64,000 nucleotides of DNA. Source: Podarcis muralis. Its lineage: Eukaryota. Shown piece by piece: positions 37,160 to 49,107 of the stretch; position 1 is the stretch's first letter; every line of letters begins with the position of its first letter. The stretch covers positions 38,688,001 to 38,752,000 of the forward strand of contig NC_135668.1 in assembly GCF_964188315.1 (NCBI RefSeq), in the 5' to 3' direction. The translations under genes and the position numbers were made by a program. The notes below the pieces were generated by a model, which searched no databases, was not told the origin of the DNA, and worked only from the letters and a program-made list of their open reading frames with translations.

Positions 37160-37616
37160 AGAATAGCCTGCTGAATCAGGCCAATGGCCCATCAAGTCCA
37201 GCATCTTGTTCTCACAGTGACTAACCGGGTGCCTGTGGGAAACCCACAAAAAACAATTTCCCTTTCCATACCATAGCCACCATTATTTGTAGCCATCGAT
37301 AGCCCTCTCCTTCATGCATTTGTCTAATTCTCTTTTAAAGCCATCTAGGTTGGTTGCCACCACGGCCTCACTGGGGACCAACTTCCATAGTTTAACTAGG
37401 CACTCACGAAGAAGTGCTTTTTTTCAATCCTGAATCTTCCCACATTCAGCTTCATTGAATGTCCTTGAGTCCTCTTGTTATGAGGGGGAATAAAAAACTT
37501 CCCTATGCAGTTTCTCCATGCCATGCATAATTTTATAAACTTCTATCAGGTCGTCTCTTACTTGCCTTTTCTCCAAACTAAAAAGTCCCAAATGCTGTGA
37601 TCTTTCTTCATAGACA
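37160..37616 (-). mobile_element. CR1 LINE 3' fragment
   Basis: Minus-strand peptide YEERSQHLGLFSLEKRQVRDDLIEVYKIMHG is the typical CR1 ORF2 C-terminus; followed by 3' UTR (GGACTTGATGGGCCATTGGCCTGATTCAGCAGGC). Confidence 0.9.
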
Positions 37617-39893
37617 CAATTTTCCTGACATCTTGTTCGATTTAAAGATTTTGGCCCCACTGTGGGATGCTGGACTTTTTGTCTCATGGACCAACGCTGC
37701 TATCTTTGCTTCGTATGTGTCTAAAACACAGATTATTCTCGACGAAAAATAGTTACTTTTGTTTTTATATTAAGAAAATGGGGTGGAGGATATTTCATAA
37801 CATGGCAGTGAACAAGCAAGAACCTGGCAATATGTATTGCTAAATAGTTTTGGGGATGTTAACTTCAAAATATTTTTTTTCTGCAACCCAAAGGTACGTT
37901 TTTATTCTTCCTTACACCCACAGCCGATTTAAGTCCTCCAACCCTAACATTTTCAGAATGCCAAAATTCAGTTTATATTTGCCAAGTTGTGAGATCAAGT
38001 TCTCAAATAAAACAAACAAGGTCTGTGCCAGCCATACTGGAACACTGACAATAGCATATCTGTCTATTGCACACCCTTCCCTACATGGCAGATGCCAATT
38101 ATTTTTTAGTTCATTTTATTAACTATATATGTATATATACAGGTACACACACACACACACAACAGGGAAAATATATACATCTAATCTAATTCATATGCAG
38201 CCTGTGTACACAATTGTGTAATACTAAAAGGGAGTATCCATTATAGCAATAAAGCAAATATCTCTGTTAACTTCAATTTCATATTTTGTTTTCCAAAAAT
38301 CAATAAATAGACACCATGTTGTCTTGAATTTTTATATTATGGGTTTTATTGTTGTAAAGACTAAGCCACCCTTGGGAAACCAACTTGGCCGAAGAGAAGA
38401 GTAAAAATACCATAGATAAATACATTAAATAAATACAATCTAGTCTCTCTTGAGTTAGGAGGAGAAAAGGAAGATTCCAGGGTTGGTGGTCAGTGTTACA
38501 AGAAACATGCATCATTTTCTAAGGGTTTTCATTTTTTTAACCTATGTGTTTAGGATTTCTTCTTCCAAGAACCGAATATTCCAAAACTCAAAAGTAGAGA
38601 CACTGTTTATAATGTTGTGAAGCTTGAGGTGGAAATTCTGATTGGTACCCCCATGGTGTTAAAAATGTAATAAACTAAATAATTTGTAATATGGTGCCCT
38701 TTGGTTGTGACCCAAATCTGCCACCACATTAGGCCCATTCAGAAGGGCAGCCCTGCTAGAGGTTGCCTTCTACAAATCTGATGTATTTGGAGAAGGGGAA
38801 AGAGTGCAAAAAAGGGGTGTACATCTGCCTTTGTTGTAGACATCCACAAAGCTTATTTCAGTGTTTAACAAGTAGTGAAAAGAATAGACACAGGGTTGTA
38901 TCAATTTAGAGCTAAGTTAAAGCCACGTCATGGTATGTGTGACTCACTGGTGAAATGTTTAACTCCAGGTGAATGCACAAGGAATTACAATCTGTTGTGG
39001 AATGAGTTTCTGCTATCACAAATGTTGCACTGGATTCCTCCTATGCAACATTACAACTCATCTATCGACTAGCACAACAGCCTTTGTGCTAGTAGGCTGA
39101 AAACGTTGGACATAGCCTATGGTACTCATCTTGAACCTTCATACTTTAGCGCCACAGGAGAAGGGCTACTAAATCCTTTCACTTCCTGCCATTTGACCTG
39201 CATCTAGTAATGTGAAGTTCAACCCCAAGGATAATTTCACACACTTCCCCTGCCTATAATCTGATGCATGTCCAAATGTTAAATGTTAACACAACTCTTG
39301 CATGTACTTGTATTCTTGCTGTAGCACCAATGGGAGATGTGCAATATGCAGGGACGCAAGACAAAACTTTCTCTGTGGTATGACAAGATAAAGGCCCATA
39401 ATGGTTTTAAAAATCATGTAATTAGAAAACCCTTATATAATGTTTGGATAAAATACAAAGATCTTTTAGAAAGGAAAACACCCAGATGGCTTTCGCCAAT
39501 GGAGGCAAAGGCCCAGAAAAAGTTCAATCTGGAAACTAATTGGTTGAGATATTCAGATCTATTACTGGAAGAGAAAGAAGGATTTAAATTAAAACCATTT
39601 GATCAAATTAAAGATAAAATAAATTGGTTACATTACCATCAGATCAATGAATTGTATAAATTAGATAAGAAAAATGGTTTTGCATCAGAAAAAACCAAGT
39701 TGGAAACGGAGTTGTTAGCTTCTAAAGTTAAAAATTTATCTAAAATGTATAATCTATTGTTGGAGTGGCATACAAAGGACGAACAAGTTAAATCTGTGAT
39801 GATAGATTGGGCAAGAGATGTTGGACATAACATAATGTTTGAAGCCTGGGAAAGGTTGTGGAGGAAAGGGGTCAAGTTCACTGCAAGTTTGGT

Positions 39894-40023
39894 TACAGAT
39901 AGGTAGCCGTGTTGGTCTGCCATAGTCAAAACAAAAAAAAAATTCCTTCCAGTAGCACCTTAAAAACCAACTAAGTTAGTTCTTGGTATGAGCTTTCATG
40001 TGCATGCACACTTCTTCAGATAC
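39894..40023 (-). mobile_element. Short Penelope-like element (pLTR-derived) insertion
   Basis: 10-bp TSD CAAGTTTGGT (39884-39893, 40024-40033); removing it restores the L1 frame (FTASLVLKENIMKM); GTAGCCGTGTTGGTCTG...GTAGCACCTTA...GAGCTTTC layout matches reptile Penelope ends as I recall them. Confidence 0.8.
39986..40023 (-). ncRNA. Minimal type I hammerhead ribozyme motif
   Basis: Minus strand reads GUAU CUGAAGA A GUGUG-CAUG-CACAU GAAA GCUC/AUAC: stem I GUAU/AUAC, core CUGANGA and GAAA, stem II with a G-U closing pair, loopless palindromic stem III (AGCU). Predicted cleavage between 39990 and 39989. Confidence 0.75.
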
Positions 40024-40920
40024 CAAGTTTGGTGTTAAAGGAAAATATTATGAAAATGATGTATAGATGGTACTTAACTCCTGTAAAATTAGCAAAGATT
40101 TATCACAATAGTGATAATCTATGTTGGAAATGTAAAGAAAAAGAAGGTACCTTTTTTCGTATGTGGTGGACCTGCCCCAAGGTGAAAGACTTCTGGGAGA
40201 AGATTTATAATGAATTGAAAAAAATGTTGAAATATACATTTATTAAGAAACCAGAGGCCTCCCTTCTTGGAATAATAGGTCCGGAATTTCCCAAGAAAGA
40301 TGTTAGATTGTTTTTGTATGCCACAACTGCTGCAGGGATTTTGTTAGCCAAGAATTGGAAAACACAAGAAGTGCCAACAGTGGAGGAATGGTAGATGAAG
40401 ACGATGGACTTTTGGGAGCTAGCCGACCTGACCAGAAGAGTCCGCGACCAGAAGGAGGAGGAGTACCAGGAAGAATGGATGAAATTTAAAGAATATTTAG
40501 TTAAATATGCTAAGATAATTTAAATAGAAATACTTGCAAATAGCAGATTGGCTTAGGATTTAAATATGTGATTAAATATAATAATATGTTTAAAGTTTCT
40601 ATGAAAAGTAAGAAAGAAGTTAATTGACTAAGTAAATTTTATGAGAAATTAGTCTTGGAAAACTGTTACAATGATATACATTGAAATTCAGCCGGGGGGA
40701 TTTGAGGAAGTCACCTAACAATGTTAATAATGGTGGAATAATTACAGTTAGGATTTATGTGTGTTTGTTTATAAATTTAGAATATCAAAACTTTCTCTGT
40801 GGCGGCACACCACATGCCTTCCCCCAGAAAGCAAGATAAGCCTAGATTTTGTTGTTTTCAGTGCCAGGCAGACCTGCCTATACTTCAAGTTTTTGTAGGA
40901 GACTAGTGCTAGTGTTTTTA

Positions 40921-41280
40921 GGGACGCGGGTGGCGCTGTGGGTAAAAGCCCCAGCGCCTAGGGCTTGCCGATCGAAAGGTCGGCGGTTCGAATCCCCGCA
41001 GCAGGGTGCGCTCCCGTTGTTCAGTCCCAGCGCCTGCCAACCTAGCAGTTCGAAAGCACTCCCGGGTGCAAGTAGATAAATAGGGACCGCTTACTAGCGG
41101 GAAGGTAAACGGCGTTTCCGTGTGCGGCTCTGGCTCGCCAGAGCAGCGATTTCACGCTGGCCATGTGACCCGGAAGTGTCTGCGGACAGCGCTGGCTCCC
41201 GGCCTCTTGAGTGAGATGGGCGCACAACCCTAGAGTCTGTCAAGACTGGCCCGTACGGGCAGGGGTACCTTTACCTTTAC
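40921..41280 (+). mobile_element. Sauria SINE, full length, CpG-rich (young, distinct subfamily)
   Basis: GGGACGCGGGTGGCGCTGTGGG head, (ACCTTT)2 tail; 15-bp TSD CTAGTGCTAGTGTTT at 40903-40917 and 41281-41295. Confidence 0.96.
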
Positions 41281-42254
41281 CTAGTGCTAGTGTTTACAGG
41301 TGTAAAGTTACAAGCCTCCTTTGTAGCTCTTATGACACAAGCCCCACAGTCCTGTCAGGATCAGGCATGGATTGGCAGGCTCAGACTAGTGAGAATTAGG
41401 AGGAAGCAGAAGGGGCAGGGCAAACTGTGGGAATGAGGAATGGAAGTTCTGCCCCTCCTGTGGAGTGGAGAGCCTCATTGGGGGCTTAGGAGGACACTGG
41501 CCACGTGCTGGGGATGGCTGAGCCATAGGTGGCAGAGGCTGAACAAAGAGTCAGGAAGGTAGGGTGCAGCCTTGTTGCCAAAATCCAGGCTCAGTCTCTG
41601 TAGAGGGAAACAGAGTCAACCATCCAAATGGAGTGCATTTACAAACTTGGCATTCTTGCAAAGCATATGAGTCTTGCTGGTAGGTTTGCCATGCCTCCAC
41701 TTGAAATGCTTAGTCAAAGGGATGTGGAAACTGGTTAGGACATCTTTGCTGCTTCTGCTCAGTTCTGAAATACTTGCCCGGCTCCTAATCTTGACTCCTA
41801 CTGCTATGTCTGCTGTTGAACCTGTACCATTACTGGCCTGAATATACAAGTAAGAGCCTCTGTCACCTTGTTTTGGGTGGAAGGTGAGATATCTTATGGG
41901 TTCTCTCCCCACCTCTTTTTATAGGTTTTTAAGAACAATGTTGTATTTTTACCTGATCTTTTATCAATTGCATGTGCATTGTTTTAATGTTTTAATTTGT
42001 GTTGTATCCATCAAGTGAGATCATATGCCTAGACAAATATTTAAAAATAAATATTTTAAATCAATGGCATACAAGCAAGCACTTGTAAGAAGAGGCATTC
42101 AAGTTGCTTTTAGCACCGCTGGTGAATGCACATTTATATTTTTTATTTTGGTGGATAATGGAACTTCCCCAAAATTCACATGTTGGCAGTTAGTGAAACT
42201 GAATAGGATCTCAAAATGGGATGGTGGCTAGAGAAGTGGGTATGGTTAGGGATG

Positions 42255-42458
42255 TTGCAGTTCAAAAGCATGTCAAACTGCAAGTAGATAAATAGGTACC
42301 ACTACGGCGGGAAGGTAAACGGCATTTCCGTGCACTGCTCTGGTTCACCAGAAGCGGCTTAGTCATGATGGCCACATGACCTGGAAGCTGTACACTGGCT
42401 CCGTTGGCCAGTAAAGCGAGATGAGCACCGCAACACCAGAGTCCCTTTACCTTTATAC
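42255..42458 (+). mobile_element. Sauria SINE, 5'-truncated and internally deleted
   Basis: GCAAGTAGATAAATAGGTACCAC...CCAGAGTCCCTTTACCTTTA. Confidence 0.9.
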
Positions 42459-42905
42459 CTAGCAAGTTTGGGGGTAGTTAATGTATGAAGGTGTTAAGAC
42501 CACAGATCTGTATTCCTAGATTCAGCTAGGTCACATCCTTCACCTGGATGTAAGTAAGTTAAGTTTCCTCCCTTTTTGTTCTCTTTCACCATGTGATAGG
42601 ACATGCCTGAGCTTGCTCAAACCGCATGAGTAGAGTTATTTCACTATATTTTGTATCCCAATATTTCTTCCTGTGTTTATTTGCTGCTGCATGGATGAAT
42701 GCATGAACCTGGCCTTTGGAACTTTGTAAGTAAAGCATTTTTAAAACTTTTTGGGATGTGTGGTCTGTTCAGTGCTAAAGGGGTAGAACCAGGGAAGCTC
42801 TGGTAGCAACCCAGAACAGGATATTTAAAAGGTTTAGCCCTGTGCTTTGGATCTAGAGAGCCAGCCAATTCTTTTATTAATTACCCCACATGGGTGATCT
42901 ATATA

Positions 42906-43156
42906 CAGTCATACCTTGGTTCTGAAACGCCTTGCAACTCGAACATTTTGGCTCCCAAACGCCACAAACCCGGAAGTGAGTGTTCCAGTTTGCGAACGTT
43001 TTCGGGAAGCCGAACATCTAATGCAGCTTACACGGCTTCCGATTAAGTGCAGGAAGCTCCTGTAGCCAACTGGAAGCCTCATCTTGGTTTTCAAACATTT
43101 TCGGAAGTCAAACAGACTTCCGGAACGTATTCCGTTTGAGAACCAAGGTACGACTG
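42906..43156. mobile_element. Tigger/pogo-like MITE, same family as 3857-4082, opposite orientation
   Basis: TA-flanked TIRs CAGTCATACCTTGGTT / AACCAAGGTACGACTG; interior is the reverse complement of the 3857 copy (shared peptide-track signature QTGTLTSGF). Confidence 0.88.
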
Positions 43157-44496
43157 TATCTATTTTCTTCACAAAATGCTCATGAGCAGGATTGACCATA
43201 ATACAGCCCTGCTATTTGCTGCTTTCAGGGTGAACAATAGGCTGTTCAGGCATCTCTAGTAGTACTAAATAGCAATGCTGAATCATAGTTATAGGAACAG
43301 CCTACATGGAGAAGGGAGAAGTCTGCAGCAACAGAGGGTAGCTCTAGCAAATGTGTTATAGAGAGACGGGCTGGGGGTGGAAAAAGCAGGGGATGTTTTA
43401 GGGCAGGACTGAGGGGCATCAGCTGGGCTTTGTCTTGCAAGCTCTGCATAACAGCTGTCTGCCCCGTGCCTGCCTCTAAAGTCAGCGCTGACAAGTCCTC
43501 ACTTTTATGGGAACTAATTTTACTCAGGCACATGCAAAATAAAAATAACAAAAAGATCAACAAGTTATTCCACTGGCTTTCCTGATCTTCAGCTGGGATT
43601 AGCAGTGAGAGGCTCACAAATTCTTCCAGGGTTTTAGGGCAGCTTTTCTTTCGCCCATCTTCTCTCATCTCGAGCTCAATCCAGTGTGTGTTCAGTGAGG
43701 TGCCTCAAGGATTAAGGAGAGAAAGAATCTCTCCCTCCCACTCATCCATCATGCTATCTATGGAGTGCAAGATGATGTGATGCTACAATTTACAGCCTGG
43801 GCCATGCTGGATTGTTATGGAATAGTATACTGCGGGTCACAAGGCATTTCCATACTGCAGATTCCCTATATTTGGTGCTTTCACACTAAATTGAATCAGG
43901 GCCATATTGCCTGCATTTGTAAATCTATACATTGACCTCCATCCATTGATTCAACCTTGAAACCAATAGAAAACCAGATTGACTGGACAAGACTGCTTCC
44001 AAATGGGTGGCTCCTAGTGCTGTCCTAATCATCATTGCTCTCTTCATACGTTAATTCTTTTCCATTCCACTCAGATCAGCAGATGTGACATAACTGTGGG
44101 GGTAGAGAAAGTCCAGGTCACAAGAGCGGCCATACACATTTGCTGTAACAGGAGTGGGGAAGAGAATCCAGCTACTGGGCCCATATCCTGACCTTCCTAT
44201 CTCTGTGGGTCATTTTGACAGGTGAGGGGGGCCTTCCACCTGTTAATTGCCTGACATAATGACATAAAAGATTCTTTTTGCAGCCATGCCTATATTTTAA
44301 AAAAATCAATCTTTCAATGAGCACTGAAAACCTTTTCCAACAATATATTTGCAAACATACCAGTTAATGCTACAACATTATAATACTATAATGTTAGAAT
44401 GGTAATAATAAAAAAGCCACCTTTCTGGTCACAACCATCTTAGCAACATAGTTAATGGTGGTGACCAGAATGATGGTGGTGGTTTTGGTGGTGGTG

Positions 44497-44497
<1 letters not shown>

Positions 44498-44540
<43 letters not shown>
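44498..44540. repeat. (GT)n microsatellite
   Basis: About 21 units, preceded by GGT repeats. Confidence 0.95.
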
Positions 44541-44542
<2 letters not shown>

Positions 44543-44917
44543 AAGAACATTTTTAAGACCATTTCTTTAAAAAGGATTATAATGTTATAGGTAAAGATGG
44601 TTTCAACTTTGTGTTGCAAGGTACTGAGAGAACATTCAGAAACGTGACCTCTTTTTTATTGCTTCATGTGTTCTAGGGCAGCCTTGCCACCCAAAGTGAC
44701 ATTTCAAAGCAAAGTGTGAGCAGGGGGTGGGGGTGTTATCCTTAGGAAAAAAATTTTTTAAAGGAATTTCTAGGGAAGCTACAAGAATTCCAAGAAAACT
44801 CGGAAATTTACAGGGGGAAATTCCACACAGCCCTGCCAGGGTCAGATTCCAGTGCTGAGCTGTGGCTAAAATTAATAGCACAGCAACCCTGCATCAAAAC
44901 AGCTCTATGCTCTAAAT

Positions 44918-45053
44918 CAGGCTTCTTCAACCTCTGCCCTCCGGATGTTTTGAGACTACAATTCCCATCATCCCTGACCACTGGTCCTACTAGCTAGGGA
45001 TCATGGGAGTTGTAGGCCAAAACCATCTGGCGGGCCGAGGTTGAGGAAGCCTG
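44918..45053. mobile_element. 136-bp hAT MITE
   Basis: TIRs CAGGCTTCTTCAACCTC / GAGGTTGAGGAAGCCTG; 8-bp TSD CTCTAAAT. Confidence 0.92.
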
Positions 45054-45082
45054 CTCTAAATGGAATGGACTTTACAGATGTT

Positions 45083-45830
45083 TCAGAAACTCCAGCTGGT
45101 CCAGAATGTGGTCACTTGAATTTTCGTGTTGGATCGCGTGGCACCATTACAGTACCAGCTGCGTTGCTTATTGCCATGCTTCTGGGCCCAGTTTAAAAGG
45201 CTGGTTGTAAACTTTAAAGTAGGAGTGGGAAACTACAGTCCTGAGGTCAAACGCAGCCCTCTAGGTCTCTCTTCCTGGCCCTTGAAGCTCCCACCACAAC
45301 CACAGGTACAATACCTAACACTCCTTTAGTGTTTTTGCCTGACTAGAATGTGTCCTTGAACTCTGGCAAGACCTCTTGCTTGACTATGAATGCATGTAGA
45401 AACTACCCTGCTACACAAAGATAAAATATAAATTTGCTGTTCTTCCCACTTTTGCCTCTGGCCCCATCCACCTCTGACTTGTAGCCCAGAAGGGAACAGA
45501 GCCCTTAGTCTGAAAAGGCCTTTCTTGGGTCCAGTTTATCCAAAGGACTGCTTACAGCAGTACCACTTTTACAGCCCTCAACTAGCAACCGAGGCCCTTC
45601 TCATTTGCCCGCCACCAGAAGTAGTTCATGGCATGGACAATACAGAGAGGGCTTTCTCTGTCAGCCTTACACTTCTGGAACTCAGTGCCAAGGGGGCTCC
45701 ACCAGACCACACCACTGTATGCCTTTCAGAAATATTTGAAAACTCGCCAGTTATTGCTGGCTTTCTCTCAAGAGTTGAGTTTTTAACTATTGGTCTGGTT
45801 ATGCTGCTGAGCTTTATCATCTTTTAATCA
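45083..45830 (+). mobile_element. Two degenerate L2 3' fragments (about 45083-45225 and 45510-45830)
   Basis: AAACTCCAGCTGGTCCAGAATGTGG (KLQLVQN) and ...GAGAGGGCTTTCTCTGTC...CTGGAACTC...GCCTTTCAGAAATATTTGAAAAC, L2-like. Confidence 0.6.
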
Positions 45831-45854
45831 TTTTAGGTTGGGTTGGTTGGCTGA

Positions 45855-46065
45855 CTTATTTATTTCATTCACATCCCACCTTTCCTTATACATGGTCCTC
45901 CTTCTCGTCTTCCCCATTTTATTCTCACAACAAACCTGCCAGGTAGGCTAAGCCAAGAGACAGTGATTGAGTCCCAAGGTCATCCAGCGAGCTTCATATC
46001 TTAGTGGGGATTTGAACCCTGTTTTCTCAAGTCATAGTCCAACACTTTCATCATACTGTCTTACA
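45855..46065 (-). mobile_element. Squam3/MIR-derived SINE
   Basis: ccccattttattctcacaacaaacctgccaggtaggctaag...cccaaggtcatccagcgagcttcat...gtggggatttgaaccc...gtccaacact in reverse. Confidence 0.8.
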
Positions 46066-47142
46066 TATTAGCTGTGTAAGACAGTCTCCTTGTGTTTAAC
46101 TGCCAGTATTTTGCATTGCATAACATTTCTGTGTGTGTTGTGTGTGAATTGGAAGCTGACTTGAACGAGTTCACTGTCAAAGGTGGTGCATGCGTATTTC
46201 AAATACTTTACATACAGTCAGATGTTAAGTCCCTATTCTGGAGCTTACTCCCAAGGAAGTGTGTGTTTAAGAATGCAATGTAAAACCCCCGGTCATTCGA
46301 GACTGAGAAGTCTACATTATGGTACTGTCAGAGCCTTGTTCACATGCTTTCCACCCTGCTCCCAACCCTGAGAGTGGGAGGTAGATTGTGGACGGGTGGA
46401 GGCAGCAGGCACGCTCCTTCGGGGGACTTGAAAGCAGTCCTCCTTGTGTGTGCGCGCTTGCTCCCCTCCCCTAAGTATGATGGCCATGATAGATGGTGAC
46501 ATCAGCTAGAGACAACTCCAAGGGACCAGGGCTGGCCATTGTTCTGTGCCAGTGTGAAGTGATGTCCGTCGCCTAGGAACCTGGGACAGGCCTACAAAGG
46601 CATGCTTTCATCTCCCTGACCTGCTCAGCTGGCAAAAAGGCCCTGTCCAAGGCACCAGCCTGGGAAGACATTGCAGGCGCACAGCAGAAGGAACTCGAAT
46701 GAGAGTCAGACACACACCCCACTTAAAGACCCCATTGAAAGCTCTTCTACCCCTCCTGCCCCGGAGGAAAGGACTTGCCTCCTAAACCCTTCTGTTGCAT
46801 TTAATTAAAGCTAATCATCTCTGCCCCCCCCTTCAAAGTATTTCCACTGGTCCTCCTCACTAGAATGACCAGATGCAACGGGGGCTTTCAGCCCCTTAGG
46901 TCACAGAGGGAATATTGGTAGTTGGAGTTAGTCATGCAGGGTGAGAAAACCTGCACCTAAAAAAAACAAACCCTCTTCTAAACCTTTAAATGTGCAGAAA
47001 CGCGTCTTTACCTTGGCATTTTGTCATCCTATCCTATGACAGAAACAAAGGGAAATGGTTTAAAACTGGCACCCAACAGAACGACAGTGGTGCAATCACT
47101 GCTGTTGTTACTGGTACTATTGGTAATGGGAGTAAGCTTCAG

Positions 47143-47427
47143 TGTGTGACAGGGCTGCAGTCTGAGGGGGAGGCAGAAGCTAGGAAACCATGAACCATGA
47201 AACAAGCCTATAGCCAGGGCCGAAGGACAAATCGAAAGCAGGCATGATCATGGAGCAATCCAAAAGTCAGGTTGGGAGAGCAATTTAGGAAGCAGGATTG
47301 AGAACCAAGCCAGATGTCAGCACCAAAGGATAGCTAAAAGAACAAGAGCTGATAAACTGGGAGAAGACGACTTCTGGGAGGATTAAATATCCAGCCTAGA
47401 TAGATGAGGTCAGTCCCGGACCTGACA
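47143..47427 (+). mobile_element. Short solo-LTR-like element
   Basis: Starts TGTG, ends CTGACA, contains a TTAAATA box; flanks TTCAG / ATCAG (4/5 match). Confidence 0.45.
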
Positions 47428-47506
47428 ATCAGAAGTGTAGTGGTCTGGGATTGGGGGGGGGGTGTCCTATTTCTGCAGCAGGATCCTTGTCTCCAGCGTC
47501 CTAGAG

Positions 47507-47678
47507 CAGTGTTTCCCAACCTTTTTCCGACCATGGCACCCTTCCAACCTTGTTTCCTTCCTGTAGCCCCCGATAGGCATAGCTGGGAGGGCAGGGGGCA
47601 GCTGTGGCCCCCCATTTACACGATTTTCACCTGTGGCCCCCTCGGAATATCCTAGGGCCCCCCAGTTGGGAAACACTG
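47507..47678. mobile_element. 172-bp hAT MITE
   Basis: TIRs CAGTGTTTCCCAAC / GTTGGGAAACACTG; 8-bp TSD TCCTAGAG / TCCTACAG. Confidence 0.9.
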
Positions 47679-48730
47679 TCCTACAGCCACCCAAGTGACA
47701 CGTAATGGGTCCTTTTTAGCCACTGAGAAGAAGTCTTTTCACCTGTTGTGCTGGCTGGAGCAAGAGTGAAAGGGGATTAGTCAGCCACTGAGGATTGAGC
47801 CGTAGGGTCACTCTGGTGAAGGCTTGAATGGAGAACACCAAGGAGGAGTTGTTCTGTATGCTCCACAGCTAAGAATTTGGGGACACTGAAAACGCAGTGT
47901 ACTTCAGTTTCTAGAGAACACTGTGCAGGTTCTGTTACATGCAATGGAACATCAAGAATAAAACTTTGAAATAAGAAGCTGGAGCACTCCAAATCATTTG
48001 CCCATGCCCATGCGCAAAAAAATAGCAGATCTAGCTGAAAGACAATACATGGATCATTGTGGTGCATCCCTAATTATTATTATTCTATAATTATAGCAGT
48101 AGAACCTTAGAAGGGGGTGTGGCTGTGACAATCATGAAGGAACTCTGCACCTCTGAATTTGCCAATACGCCACTGCTGAGGAAACAACTGTCAATGCAGG
48201 GGCTGCAACTCACTGGCTCGCCACACAGGGTAGCTGCACACAGACCCCCAAAGCTCCTGATTCAAGCCCCGGCAGTTCCCAATACAGCCCCCTTCAGAAT
48301 CACAACTGGCCCATGCACCCTCTAATCTGCAGACAGCAGATGAAATGTAGATGGAGGGAACCTTTTACATCCAGCTCTGGCAAAAGGAAGCATAGTTCAG
48401 GTGCAGTTCCCATCCTCCTCCCATGTTGTACAGTTTTAATCTACCTGAAAGTTTGCAGTCTAGAGGAGGGTAGGCAGAAGCCAAAATTACATGTTATGTG
48501 TCCTGTTTTTACATGGGGTCTCTCATCCAAGGGTTTAAAAGGGAGTGAAGTGCGTCTGCTTAGCTTAAACTGCTAAAGCATTAACTGCTTCCCAATCAGT
48601 CCCTAGGCACAAGATGCTAATGCTTGGGAAGAGGGCAAGCTATGTAAAACGTACTCACTAGAAAGATCTCCATATGTACCTAAAGTCATGTCTGAGCTGT
48701 AGAATATAATATTTTGAAACCGAGGTTTTA

Positions 48731-49083
48731 AGGAAGTAGGGGAACCTTTTGGCCCTGGAGGCCAGATCTTTATCTACTGCATCTCTGTGGCCCCATGGAC
48801 CAACTTTGATGTCTTTATGGTGCCTCATTCTTCTGTCCATATTGGCTTGTAGGAGTGTGGGGATACAGTCACCAAGCAGCATTGGACCCTGGACACACCA
48901 GCCAATGAGAGGGGCTGTCAACATTGCCTTCTGCAGGGAAAGCAATCATGTCTCTACTTGCCCCACAGCTGGGGCCACATATGACAGGTGGGTGTGGATG
49001 GGGGGGGGGGAACAGCCTTGTACACCAAAAGGGGAGGCCTGGCAGGCCAAATTTGTCCTGTGGGCCAGAGGTTCCCCACCCCT
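48731..49083. mobile_element. hAT-type MITE (diverged)
   Basis: Ends GGGGAACCTTTTGGCCC and GGGCCAGAGGTTCCCCACCCCT. Confidence 0.65.
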
Positions 49084-49107
49084 AGCTTAATGCTTTATGT
49101 TTTAAAG

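Larger units (their letters stand above)
39379..40785 (+). mobile_element. 5'-truncated L1-clade LINE (ORF2 C-terminus plus 3' UTR), interrupted by a 130-bp insertion
   Basis: ORFs 39337..39906 and 40029..40394 encode the L1 ORF2 C-terminus with a zinc knuckle (CWKC...FFRMWWTC); 17-bp TSD CAAAACTTTCTCTGTGG at 39362-39378 and 40786-40802. Confidence 0.92.

Noticed and set aside
37640-37712. Second Penelope-like end (TTTTGTCTCATGGACCAACGCTGCTATC)
   Set aside because: Similarity to the 39894 insert is short and no hammerhead core is present.
43246-43668. 140-aa minus-strand ORF
   Set aside because: No domain similarity; low-information composition; expected by chance in 64 kb.
47770-48070. Coding-like segment (RSVLQFLENTVQVLLHAMEHQE*...)
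   Set aside because: Isolated, contains stops, no splice or homology support; could be an old TE fragment.
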